Part shown: positions 25,615 to 37,203 of the stretch, in pieces
Layout of the letters: each line of letters begins with the position of its first letter
Numbering within the stretch: the stretch's first letter is position 1
NCBI RefSeq assembly: GCF_018350175.1
Contig: NC_058380.1
Coordinates: 9,300,001-9,364,000 of the forward strand
Direction of reading: 5' to 3'
DNA: 64,000 nucleotides
Source of the DNA: Felis catus
Lineage: Eukaryota
The notes under the pieces: model-generated
The model's database searches: none
The model's input: the letters and a program-made list of their open reading frames with translations, nothing else
What the model was told of the DNA's origin: nothing
Made by a program: the position numbers and the translations under genes

Positions 25615-28600
25615 AAATTTGACTGTATCTTTAAAATCTCTAATGTACCCTGAATGCTTTCAAGGAAAAGTACTCTATTAACATGAGAGAAAATAAAGTC
25701 ATCATAAACAATAAGATTGTAAAGTTTTCCAAACCCAGGTTGCAAGATCCCCTTTAACTTGGCTGATAAATACGTCAAAATAAATACACTATCTTTCATG
25801 ACTTTCTGAGGTTTAGACTTCTATATTCCCCGGTAAACATAAAGTCATGGCTTTCTATGTAGCAAAAAAGAAACATCTCAGGCCTTCCTAAATACTCTAC
25901 CAAATAACTTCACCACCATCTGTATTTTCTGTTCCCAACTCCTTATAGAATGACCCAGGACTTTTATAACTGGCTAGGGACTAAAGTTCCATAATACAAA
26001 CCCTTCCAAAGACGACAGAAAATTCAGCCTCCTCTGTTGGTCTGACACAAGCTACCTAACACAGTTAAGGACAAGGAGTGGTCCAAAAGATAATTCTTTC
26101 ACATTAAAAAAAAAAAAAAAAAAGGGGACAAAACGAAATCAGAAGTCGCTCCCAAATATGGCTTTCCCATTAGGGAAATTTTCTCATCTGTTCACCAGAA
26201 ATGCCACAGAAGAGAAATGTGACTCATATACAGGGAGTTTTCCAAGTCCACTCATGTTAAGCAACAAACCGTCCATGGCTTCCCTTGAAATCATCTTGAC
26301 CACAAGCAGTGAAACTCAGAACTCAACGCTGGTTGAAATCAGGTCCTACGAACACTCCCCCCGATAACGCGAGGTGAGGGCAAACACCGCCTAGCACTGT
26401 ATTTGTGATAATTCAGTTGTTCTCACGGCAGCATGTCAAGATGTCACAAATCGTGATTTATTATTTCTCTGGGGTATCAAAAAGCTGCTGACCTAGGGGA
26501 GTTTGACAAACAAAGGCCTTGTTTACAAAGGAAGACTTCTAAAGGGGGGGGGGGGGAAGGGCCATGAAAACACTGGAGGACACTACCACTTTTATAATTT
26601 ATGAAAGTTTTCTCTTTTATGGTCTTGCTCCAATACATAATAAGCCTTTAAAATGAAATGTTGAAAATACTACAGTAATAGGAGGGGCATCACAATTGTC
26701 TCCTGGAAAGAATGGAATGTGCTTTTATACTGGCCTGTAAATGACTTATCTGAATCAAAGAAAAAGTTTTAAAATAATTATTTGCCAAACTGTTACTTTC
26801 CAGTTATGCTGCCAGAAATATTTGAAACAGAATTCAAGCATTAAGGGTATAATACAAGCAGGGACACTTTTTTTTTTTTTTTTTTTTTTTGTCAATTCCA
26901 AGCCTCAGGTGTTGGTCAAAGCACTTTTCAAGAAACTTGACGAGAAATGCTCAAAAACCACTTTAAAACCGAACAAAAGAAAAGATCTAAAGCTGCTTTG
27001 AACACACTCTTGCGGTGAATATTTTCTGAGACGCCACAGTGCAGCTAGTCGCGGTGCTGGGATGTAACTGATGTCACTCATAAGAGAAAGCCTGCATTGA
27101 AGGAAGAACTCCCTCACCTCTGACAATTCTTCAAGGGTTCCGATAATCCAAACTCCTAATTTATTTCACAATGTTCTTTACCCATAAGGCATCTCTTTTT
27201 AATGCCTCCAACAAGGGAAATGGACCGCGGTGTCCAGGTTTGGGGTTTGTTTCTCTGTCCACGGCAATAAATATCTTTGGTACCTAATAGGTATCTCCAA
27301 ATCCCCACTTCTCCAGTCGCAGACATTTGAGTTGTCAGGGAGCTTAAAAAAAAAAAAAAAAAAAAAAAAGTCCAGGAGAATAAAAGCGCAATTAGATCCC
27401 TAAAAGAGAAAGTGTGTCTAGATTTGCATAACAATGACCCAACTTGGATTCAAACCTGCCACACCTCTTAACACTTAACCAGTGTGCTAAAAGTAGGCTG
27501 GAAGCTTACCAAGTCTAGTGTTGGCAAACAAGCCTGGGGCAGTGGCCCCCCCAGATTACTGATGGAAAATATTACTGAAATATTTGAATGTGCGTATAGA
27601 AGTGCAGATACACACACATAATATTGGGCATGGCTTTGATTTTAGTACAGCTCTCAGGGCCTTCTGAGTCTTAGGTGGTTAGACAGAAATTTTCTCCTAC
27701 CCAACAAGCCAGCAACAATCTTTCTGTTCATACAGGCATTCTGCTCCCACAAGCATGAAACAACCAGGTGTAAATAAAAAAAGTCCTTTGAAATGGAAGT
27801 TTAAAATTTAACTCTGCTGCTCATGACGCACAGACGTTAAAAATAACCACTCCATGCAGTAGACAAACGTGTACCCTTAATGCCTTCCTTATGCTCTAAC
27901 ATTACACATACTTAGGAATACAGTCTACCTAATGACCGGAGCACAATGATGACACCTCTCCATAAAGGTATTAACCCCGGTGGCTTTGTTGTTTCCAAAG
28001 CACCAACGTCCATCAGATTAGGGAGGAAGGAAAAAAGGCGAAACCTTGCAAAACTCTCCCAAAAGTTATATAAACAAAGGAGGGGAGAAGCCCAATGTGG
28101 GCTTTTGCACCCATGTGCTACCAAAATTACATAACACCCGGCGCAGACATTAAAGAAGGAATGGATTCTGCACAACACCCCCACTTTCCTCGACTCCCAA
28201 GCCCGTGTCCTTCTCTTATGAAATCCAAACGCCTGGCAGGACCAAATGGACGACTTTGAATATTCATTTTATTGCTGGAGTAAATCCTGCGAGAGTTGGG
28301 AGGCACGTTTAGGCCCAAAGTTTGAATGTGCAACAGCCCCAGGGCGCAGCGACTCCACTCCCCGGACCCGGAGGAGAAAGAACTGACAAGCGACAGCACC
28401 CAGCAAGGCCTTCTTCTTCTTGCCCCTTACGGTGCTTCCCGCTGCAAAGTTTTCCACGCGATCGATCGGAGGGCGAGGAGCCCGCTTCCCGCCCCCCCCC
28501 ACCCCCCTCACCCCCCTCCGCCTGCCTGACTTTGCAGGAAAGGCAAGCCGGGAGACCAGAGGGGGCCGGCTGGGAAAGAGCTGGAAAGCTCGGCACTCAG

Positions 28601-28627
28601 CGGGCGGCGCCGGCGCAGGCTCCTTAC

Positions 28628-28900
28628 CTGGGGGACGCGGAACAAAAAGAGGAGCGGGGCTCGCCGAGCCTGCGGCGGCGGCGCGGGCGGAGCGGGTCTC
28701 CCCGCCGGAGCCCTAGGCCCGCGCCCGAGCCCGCGGCCCGGCCCCCGCCGCCGCCGCCGCTTCCTCCCTCGCGCGCGTCATGTCACGGCGATCAAACATG
28801 TCTGTGTGCGCTTCGCTGCTGTGACTTCCTGATTCTCCGCCGCTCGCGCGCGCACACTCACACTCACACTCGCAGCCACACGCACACGCCACCCCCACCA
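28628..28900 (-). other. Candidate alternative non-coding first exon ending at strong donor CAG|GTAAGG (28628|28627); 5' boundary unknown
   Basis: Near-consensus donor within the CpG island, oriented toward exon 2. Confidence 0.5.
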
Positions 28901-30571
28901 GCCTCCGCCACCAAACCTCGCCTGGTCCTCCCCGGGCTCCGGGCGGCTGCCGGCGCCTCTGCTCGCGACGCACTGGCCCCGGCGCGCACAACACACACTC
29001 ACACTCACGCGCAGACACACTCGCGCCGGCCCCGAAGGCGCGGAGACGCGAGCTGCGGGAGCTCGCCGCCCCCTCCCACCCCTCTCCCTACTTAGCCGCC
29101 CTGCCAAACTTTTTTTTTTTTTCCTGCCTGATCCGTGTCCAACTTCCCTCCACCCCCACCCCCCCACCCCCAGCAGTCCGGCCTGCCCCGCGCTCACCAG
29201 GATCCGCCGCAAGCTGCAACCCGGATAAAAATAATAATGCAATCCAGGCGGCGGAGGCAGGGGCGAGCGCGAAGACACTGGCAGGAGGCGATTTCCCCGC
29301 GTGTACCGGAAACCGGCCGAGTGCCGGGACCGGGGCGCGGGTGTCCCCTAGAGCCCGCACTGCTGCGCCCCGCCCCGCGCGGTGCAACTGCGCCCAGGCG
29401 GCGAGGCCTGGTGCGGGGCACCCGGAGCACCAGGCTCGGTGTGTGCCCGAAGCCGTAGGGAGCCTAGGGGCTGGCACGCCGGACCGGTTATTTGGGGAAG
29501 TGCATCGCGACACCTTTGCAGATGGCATGGCCCTGTTTTGCAACGCAAACGGGAGGAGGGAAGACGGCCGGATGGAGGGGGAGAACAGAGGAAGGGGTAA
29601 ACCAGGTTGGGATGGGAATAAAGCAAACTCGAAAGCAGGGAGCGAGAAGGAAGGGGTGCGTGTCATCGTTGGGAGGAGGCTCCCACCCGGTCTCCCCGCC
29701 TCCCGCCCTCGCCACCCCCTCCCTCCTCCCCCGCCCCCCCGCAGCCCTTCCCCTTCTCCGGCGAACGCCACCACTGCTGCCCTGGTGCGCGCGGGTCCTG
29801 TTTGTGACAGTCAGGCAGAGAGGATTATCCGGATCATGGCCTCCCGGCCCGCAGCCACGGTGGCTCTGCCGGGCCCCAGCGCGCCCCTAGCACCCGGACG
29901 ATCGCGGGCGACCCACGCCCGAGGTTCCCGCGGTTCAAGCTAGGGGAGGACGCCAAGCAAAAGAAAACAAACCCCGGGAGGGGGAGGGCAGGGTAACTGA
30001 GCCCGGCGGGCACCTCCGACCTCCTTCTTTGGGGCCTCCTCCCTCCGTACCAGCAGTGCGGCCCGGGCAGGACACCCCGAACTTCAACACCCGAGCCCGC
30101 GCGGCCGCCAGGTACCAGGGGCAGGGACGTCTCCGCAGAGCCCCGGGCGCAGCCCCCCGATAGCCGCTTTGCCTAAAGGCCTGCCTACCGGTCAGCGTCT
30201 TCATCCCCGCCCGAGGGAACCCGCAAACTGGAGGTGACACCTCCGATCCGGCACGCACCGGCCCCGCGGCGTGGCGGCCGCCTCTTCGGCGCGCCAGCTC
30301 CGGCTTCTCCCGCCGAGATCCGCTCGCGTCTCGGCAACCGGAGCCCTTTAAACAAGTCCCCGGGAAGCGGGTGGCAGCAGCGTTCGTTGGCGCCCCGCCG
30401 CCAGCCCGGGCACCTCGCCCTCCTCTCTCGCTCCCCTTCCAACTCTTCCGGGGAGGACTCCTCGGGGTGAACTGTCGCCTTTCCATCCTCCTCCCGGGTC
30501 CTCCAGCCTTTCCCCTCCTCCGTGCCCCCTCCCCCAGCTTTAAGTGGATGGGGGGATTGCAACCTTGTCGA

Positions 30572-30574
<3 letters not shown>

Positions 30575-30622
<48 letters not shown>
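30575..30622. repeat. (TG)24 microsatellite in intron 1 near the promoter
   Basis: Direct count, 48 nt. Confidence 0.97.
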
Positions 30623-30624
<2 letters not shown>

Positions 30625-31005
30625 GCAACCTTGAGTTGGCAACGCGTCGCTGACTGCCTACCTAGGGTCAAGGCTGTGGTTTGTTGGGATTCCCCCCCCT
30701 CCCTCGCCTCCTTGAAGTAGTAATTATTACTGTTATTATTAGAACAGCAAGGTTCGGTTGAAACTTTCCCGTTTCTNNNNNNNNNNNNNNNNNNNNNNNN
30801 NNNNNNNNNNNNNNNNNNNNNNNNNNNNNNNNNNNNNNNNNNNNNNNNNNNNNNNNNNNNNNNNNNNNNNNNNNNNNNNNNNNNNNNNNNNNNNNNNNNN
30901 NNNNNNNNNNNNNNNNNNNNNNNNNNNNNNNNNNNNNGCGAAGGCGGCGCGGTGCCGGAGGGGTTTGTGCGGCGGCTGCAGCCAGGAGGCCGGAGGGAGG
31001 GGAAA

Positions 31006-31221
31006 NNNNNNNNNNNNNNNNNNNNNNNNNNNNNNNNNNNNNNNNNNNNNNNNNNNNNNNNNNNNNNNNNNNNNNNNNNNNNNNNNNNNNNNNNNNNNNN
31101 NNNNNNNNNNNNNNNNNNNNNNNNNNNNNNNNNNNNNNNNNNNNNNNNNNNNNNNNNNNNNNNNNNNNNNNNNNNNNNNNNNNNNNNNNNNNNCGCCGCC
31201 TCCACGGGCGCCGGAAGACGC
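31006..31221 (-). other. SMARCA2: Probable SMARCA2 non-coding exon 1 (5' end visible, remainder inside N-gap 31006-31193)
   Basis: Minus strand 31221-31194 reads GCGTCTTCCGGCGCCCGTGGAGGCGGCG, matching my recollection of the human SMARCA2 mRNA 5' end; lies in the CpG island ~14.5 kb upstream of exon 2. Donor not visible. Confidence 0.65.
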
Positions 31222-34200
31222 GCCGCAGTTGGCCCCGCGCGCCGCTCCTCCCTGCCCGCCCGGACGCGGGTTGGCGGGACGCGCCTGTCACTCGCCCCGC
31301 TCAGCGACTCCGGGAGCTCGGGGGAAGGAGGGGGCGGTGTGCAAGAATGTGGATCGAGACGGCTCTACTGTATGCGTGGATCCGTGTGTGTCTGCAAGGC
31401 GCCGGCTCTCGGGCCGTGCTTGTGCCTGGAGCAGAGAAACTGCGCAGGACGCAGAGAGCCCCAAGCCCGGGTGGAGTTGGGCGCCCGTTATCCCTCTCCC
31501 CGCCGTCCTCCTGCAGGGGCGCTGCGGGGCGCCCCGGGGAGGCTGGGGAAGCAGAGGAGCCCGAGCGAGAGGGAGGGCATCCGTAGTAATAGCGCGTAGT
31601 AGTTTGGGGGTATGTGGAGAAGGTGCTGGAATTTAACTGTGCCTCCGCCTGCCGGAGCGAGCCTGCAGAGGGAGAGGGAGGGGACCGGGGGGAGGGCTCC
31701 GAGTGGTACCAAAGCTGTGTGTGGCACGGTGCTGACCATGAAAGCAAAAACAGGCATTGTCGTGCCGGTTGAAACTTTTTCAACCCCCACCCCCCCACCC
31801 CCAACACTCCGCTCCAGGTTGTAATTATAAATCTGCCCCCTTTCTCCCCCCGGTAAAAAGGGAGGCGGGCACAAAGAACATTCCTGCCAAATCTGTCTCT
31901 TTTCTAAAGGACGGCAAGCTTCCAAATGCCAATGAGGGGAAAACAGCTGAGAGACTGAACGCCTTGTAAATAAATAATCCCACCCTAACCCCTCTGTTTA
32001 CTTTGTGGACCAGATAGGGCACTTTAAGCTTCCCTCACCTGTCATCTTCCTGTAAAATATATACAAAAATATGGAAAGAACAACCCCGTGGGGGCGGAGC
32101 GAGCGGGTTAAGGGACAGTTGAAGCATGGAATCTGCTTTTGATTTAAGAAGGGGAATAAATCTCTTATTCTCTGTAGCCCATAGTGTCTCCTCTCCCACC
32201 CCACATTTAACACCAATTAAGGCTACCAACACCAAGCTGCTGGCACTTGGCAGTTTTGAGACCTCTTGTTCCAATTCTCCTTGAAATACAGTTCTTTGGC
32301 TGGACGAATAGGTCAGTGTTTGCTGAGACAATTTTATTTTTAGTTTTATGAAGTGTGAAAGAATGTTAGGAGATTTTAAATCAGGGGCCTATTATTTTAG
32401 ACTCAGATTAATGGAAGTACTTGACTCTTAAAACTGTTCCTATATGGCAGTGTTATGAAAAGCAGGATGTATCCCTTATTTTGTAATGTAATGGCTTCAA
32501 TTAGTCATTCAAAGTGCACCGTGACTATTTGGTTGAGGATTTTCCCCCTGGAGTAAAATCCTATTTTAAGACCGTTTTGCTGTTGCAAAATTGACTCGGA
32601 GCAACGGCCTCTGAAATGCAGCTCCAGGATGCTTAACGCTATGTACTGGGGAAGGTGAAGGCAAGAGGTAATGGAAAGAACATACAATGCTGCATTTGGT
32701 CGTTCAATGGCAAAAACTGTTTGCACTGCTGGTCCACTGCTGGGGGAAGTGGAGTTTGTTTGCAAGGGCACCAAGTTCAGGCGGCTAGGAGTGTCAATGT
32801 CAACCGCCCTGTAGTTTTCTAAGGCTTTGTTACTGACTTGATCACTTTAGTGTTATAATTTCCTGGCTGTCCCAAAGCGCACCTCAAGACAACAAAAGAA
32901 GATGCATCTAAGAGAAATAAAATACAGTAGGCCCTGAAGAAGCTACCGCAAGAACTTATTTTCTGCCTGAAGATAGGCCAGTATAACTTTTAACCGGGAA
33001 ATAAACAGTGAGAAATCTTAAAAGTGGCAATGTGGTAAAAGTATTACCTTCTACCTGCCTAATAAATCGCAACTGATCACATAGCCAGGTAACCGAGGTG
33101 TCTGTAAAAGGGCTTTCACCTAATGGCAATGCTTATCACATTAGGGAATATCAGGTTTTAATTCTTTTTCGGGCCTAATTTGTTTCTCTGGCATGCCAAC
33201 CTCACACATTTTCTTCCCTGTGAATAAGTGCCGTTTATCCCTTTAGGATGCCACCTTCCCCTGCTGTGCCAAATCTCTAGGAGAGAACAATCACCTTAGT
33301 AAGACCCTGGAGGAGAGGGACTGGCCATTCCCTCTGTCATTTTGTCAGAGGGAGAGGAAGAGGAAGAAAACGCTCACTTGGCTATATGTACATATTCTTC
33401 AGCTCTTGTAAAATTTTGATGCAGTGCTTAGAGGGATTGGTACCAATGCATTAGATGCTCAACTATGGGAACCGAAAAATAAAATCTATCTCTGGGAGTA
33501 GAGCTTAAGTATAGATACTACATCTCCTTTTCCCTTCATATTGGTCTAAGAAAGCACCACCTTCTCCCTTCAGGTCTTTCCTCTGAAGGCTCGTCTTGTT
33601 TGTAGCTTGCACTGTAGCAGGTAGGAAGGTTAGAAAATAAGGCCTATACTCGGGAGACATGAAAAGGCAGCACCATTCACTCAGTACAGGAAAAAAAAAA
33701 AGGTTGTAGAACCTATAGCATAAGCTTCCTCTCTGAGGGAAAGCAACATTTAGCAATTGATGGTAAGGAGGGAAATGATGGGCTCTTTTGTTTTGCAGAA
33801 GCTCCACACAAAAGCAAATATGGTTGGAGGCTAAAGGGACCCCGAGGGTGCCCAGGATGCTGTATTCACATGAAGCTTTGCCTTCTGGACTTTGATGAGT
33901 CATAATGTGTTCTCTGAACTTGCTTTTCTCTTTCTAGTTTGGCATCAGGAGATAGTAGTCACTTTTTCATGTCTGTATGGCCACATTGACTTGTTATGTA
34001 AGTCGGCTGCGGTTGATGTTCTGTTTAGAGTGGATATTGGGTTTGAAAACTGGTATGTGGTTGTAACAGCCTCAGAAAGAAAAATTCCATGCACAAGGTC
34101 AGGAGGCCTGTAATCCCACCAGGTACACGGCTAATGCTGGCTGAAACGTTGCCTAGCTTCAAAGCGGAGCAAGTCGGACACTTCGGGAACGAATCCGGTA

Positions 34201-34479
34201 ATGGAGCCTAAACCTGGACAAGGTGAATCAGCCGACATTTAATTTAGTGACGAGTTTAGACTTAGCAAGTCAGCTGACTACAGAGGTGAGCGCTCCTCGC
34301 TTTCCTTTTCCCCCAGTCGACAGTCTCGAAGCGATTTTGTTTTTTTCGTCAGGTCATTCCTCCAAAGGACCACTCTTTGTGATGGAGTCCCCCTCCTAGC
34401 GTAAGGGTCTGTGTCTGTTTCCAATCCATTCTGTGATATATTTCGGACGTAGATTGTCATCCAAGGCGGTGGGTGCATG

Positions 34480-34900
34480 GACAGATCTCTGCCAGCCTTG
34501 TTGACCTCCTCAAACCCCGCAGCTCCGGAAACCCCATCTACCTACTGGCTCTCAAGGGGCCACACTGGATCCACTTCCTTCTGACCAGAACGCAAGTTCC
34601 CGATTCACGTCCTCCAAGATGCAGCGATGGCCCCACATCAGTGTCTTCCGGTGGCCCTCCTTGCCCTCCCCACGCAAAGGAAGCTGCTTAGTCTACCTGC
34701 TCCCATAGCAACCAGCACCTACCTCCATTACAGCACTTACCACTTTGATGCGATTATTTGTTTGGTATCCTCCACTAGATGGTTAGTGCCTGGAGGGTGT
34801 AGGGCAAGTTCAATTCATCTTTGAAACCTCAGCCCTCAGCCGGAGGTCTAGTATGTTGTATGTTGTTTTAAAAACAAAAGCAAAAAAACTGGGTTGAATG
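34480..34900 (+). mobile_element. L2 3' fragment
   Basis: tccactagat...ctggaggg...tcatctttgaaacctcagccctcagc. Confidence 0.55.
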
Positions 34901-35352
34901 ACAGGATGGGAGATCATATATCAAAATTGTCTAGTAGGATTGAACAGGCCTTCCCCATCAGTAATTATCATGTTAACGAACGAGATCCCCAAGTGTTCAG
35001 AATCTGTCGCCTTCCAAGCTGAAAAGGCTAACGTGCTTTTTGTTTTTGTCTTATTTTGTTTTGTTTTGGGAGGTCAGGTGGGAGGTGAGAAGGTATGGCT
35101 CTGGCCCTCACGTAAAGAGCACCGAGAAGAGGCTTTGTCTGCTTTTTAAATTAGGCTAGGAGTAACGTGAGTGCACGCACAGCAGTACAGTAGTAGTCAT
35201 TATCTTCTTTTATTTCTCCTTTAAATCACACACCAGTGTCTACACAGAGGCCCGTACATATGCCATTTATCCACTTAACCCAGTGACTTATGCGATATTA
35301 TCCCCATTTTACAGATGAAGAAACTGAGAGGCAGTAAATAATTTGCCTAAGG

Positions 35353-36228
35353 CAGGGGTCTCCAAAGTGGAGTGAGCAAGACAATTCACTGCGATTTGGG
35401 AAGAACATTGGAAATTCGATTTCTTCTTCCTTTAATGATTAAAAAAAAACGTAGTGACCAAAAAGACAAGGGCTTTACCAATGCGTATGGTACTCATTTA
35501 CCCTGGCACCTTTACATGGTGCCTAGGAAAGTGGTCACATGCCAAGTATTTTACCTGAGGGGTACTTAGGGGAGCATCAGGGGCAGAGGGGCGACGGTCG
35601 CGCCCCCGTCTGGTTCTTTGAGGTGCAGGGTGTTTCAGGTGCAGGGTGTTACCTGAAGTTTACGCCTTCCACAAAGTGCCTTGTCTGGTTTTGCCCAACG
35701 AATTCTCTTATTTGGAAAACAAGTGGCTTAAAAAGAGTCCTTCCAAGAAATTGAAGACTGAGGTAGCTCCAATAACGCACTCGCAGGTGAAAATCAAGAT
35801 CAAACCTGCCACTTTGAGTTCTGAGTTGTTTGCCAGCCATTCTGAGAAGTGAAAACAATGACGGTCTAATTAGCTCTGACAAGACATAGGTTAAAAACAT
35901 TCACATCTATTCAAGACTAGTTGCCATTTGGATTTATATGCACTACCGTTAATGATGAATTCTGATCTAAGCATATATTTTGCCTGGAGGGGGTATTAGC
36001 TATTGATATCGCATGATATCATCATGATTAGCAAGATATTTTATTCTTTCATCTTCATCTGTTTCATAACTTCTATTTTGTATATGTTTTATAATGCACT
36101 TGATATATTAATACTTGAATACATGTATTATGAATAAATATACATAGATCATACTCTATCCTTTTTATTTTGTTTCTTCCTTTGTCATTCACAAGGGGAA
36201 TGTGATCAAACAACATGGAAGTAACTAA
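35353..36228. mobile_element. hAT-Charlie DNA transposon relic inserted in a MIR
   Basis: Starts caggggtctccaaagtgg immediately after MIR ccccattttacagatgaagaaactgag...gcctaagg; MIR-like sequence resumes after it. Confidence 0.55.
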
Positions 36229-36255
36229 ATGATGAAGTCGGAATTTAAAGAAGAA

Positions 36256-36929
36256 TTTTTTTTTAATTTTTTTTAACGTTTATTTATTTTTGAGACAGAG
36301 AGAGACAGAGCATGAACGGGGGAGGGTCAGAGAGAGGGAGACACAGAATCTGAAACAGACTCCAGGCTCTGAGCTGTCAGCACAGAGCCCGACGTGGGGC
36401 TCGAACTCACGGACGGTGAAATCATGACCTGAGCCGAAGTCGGCTGCTTAACTGACTGAGCCACCCAGGTGCCCATAAAGAAAAAATTTTTTTTTAATTT
36501 TTTTTTCAACGTTTTATTTATTTTTGAGACAGAGAGAGACAGAGCATGAACGGGGGAGGGGCAGAGAGAGAGGGAGACACAGAATCGGAAACGGGCTCCA
36601 GGTTCTGAGCCATCAGCCCAGAGCCTGACACGGGGCTCGAACTCACGGACCGTGAGATCGTGACCTGGCTGAAGTCGGACGCTCAACCGACTGCACCGCC
36701 CAGGTGCCCCTAAAGAAAATTTTTTTAATGTATATTTACTTTTGAGGGAGAGAGAGACAGAGCCAGAGAGGGGGAGGGGCAAAGAGAAAGGGAGGCACTG
36801 AATCCAAAGCAGGCTCCAGGCTCTGAGCTGTCAGTGCAGAACCCAATGTGGGGTCCAAACTCATGGCTCATGAGCTCATGACCTGATCCCAAGTCGGATG
36901 CTTAACCAACTGAGCCACCTGGGCGCCCC
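36256..36929 (-). mobile_element. Three tandem same-strand CanSINEs (36256-36474, 36487-36710, 36720-36929)
   Basis: Three heads and tails; recurring taaagaa..ttttt junctions; outer TSD-like tgaagtc(g/c)gaa. Confidence 0.94.
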
Positions 36930-37025
36930 ACTGAAGTCCGAAGTTTTAACCCAGCTTGGTAAGACTCCAGACTAGAGTGACGTATGTTGCTCATGTAAAA
37001 ACTGTTCAATCATTTGTCATCGATA

Positions 37026-37203
37026 CAGGGTTCTTAACCCATTATGGGGCAGAGAGGAGGGGGAATATAGATGATCTCTGGCGCATTTGAGAAGCCCTGA
37101 AACTGAAATTCCGTGATCGTGTTAAGGTACATTTTCTGCAGGGAGTCCGTACATTTCATCAGATTCCCAAGGGGATCTTCACCACAGGGGGTAAGAATTA
37201 CTG
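37026..37203. mobile_element. hAT MITE
   Basis: Imperfect TIRs cagggttcttaacc / ggtaagaattactg; internal tttcatcagattcccaagggg. Confidence 0.55.

Larger units (their letters stand above)
28300..31700. promoter_or_regulatory. CpG-island promoter of SMARCA2
   Basis: Very high GC and CpG density; GC boxes, ETS site CCGGAAG at 31211-31217, GCGCGC runs; upstream of exon 2 on the minus strand. Confidence 0.92.

Noticed and set aside
28322-31925. Long ORFs (200-290 aa) on both strands in the CpG island
   Set aside because: Low-complexity Arg/Pro/Gly/Ala translations expected from stop-poor GC-rich DNA; several are open only because they run through N-gaps.
36256-36929. Repeat-spacer appearance suggesting a CRISPR-like or tandem array
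   Set aside because: Eukaryotic DNA; units are ~220-bp SINEs with tails and TSDs; no cas genes.
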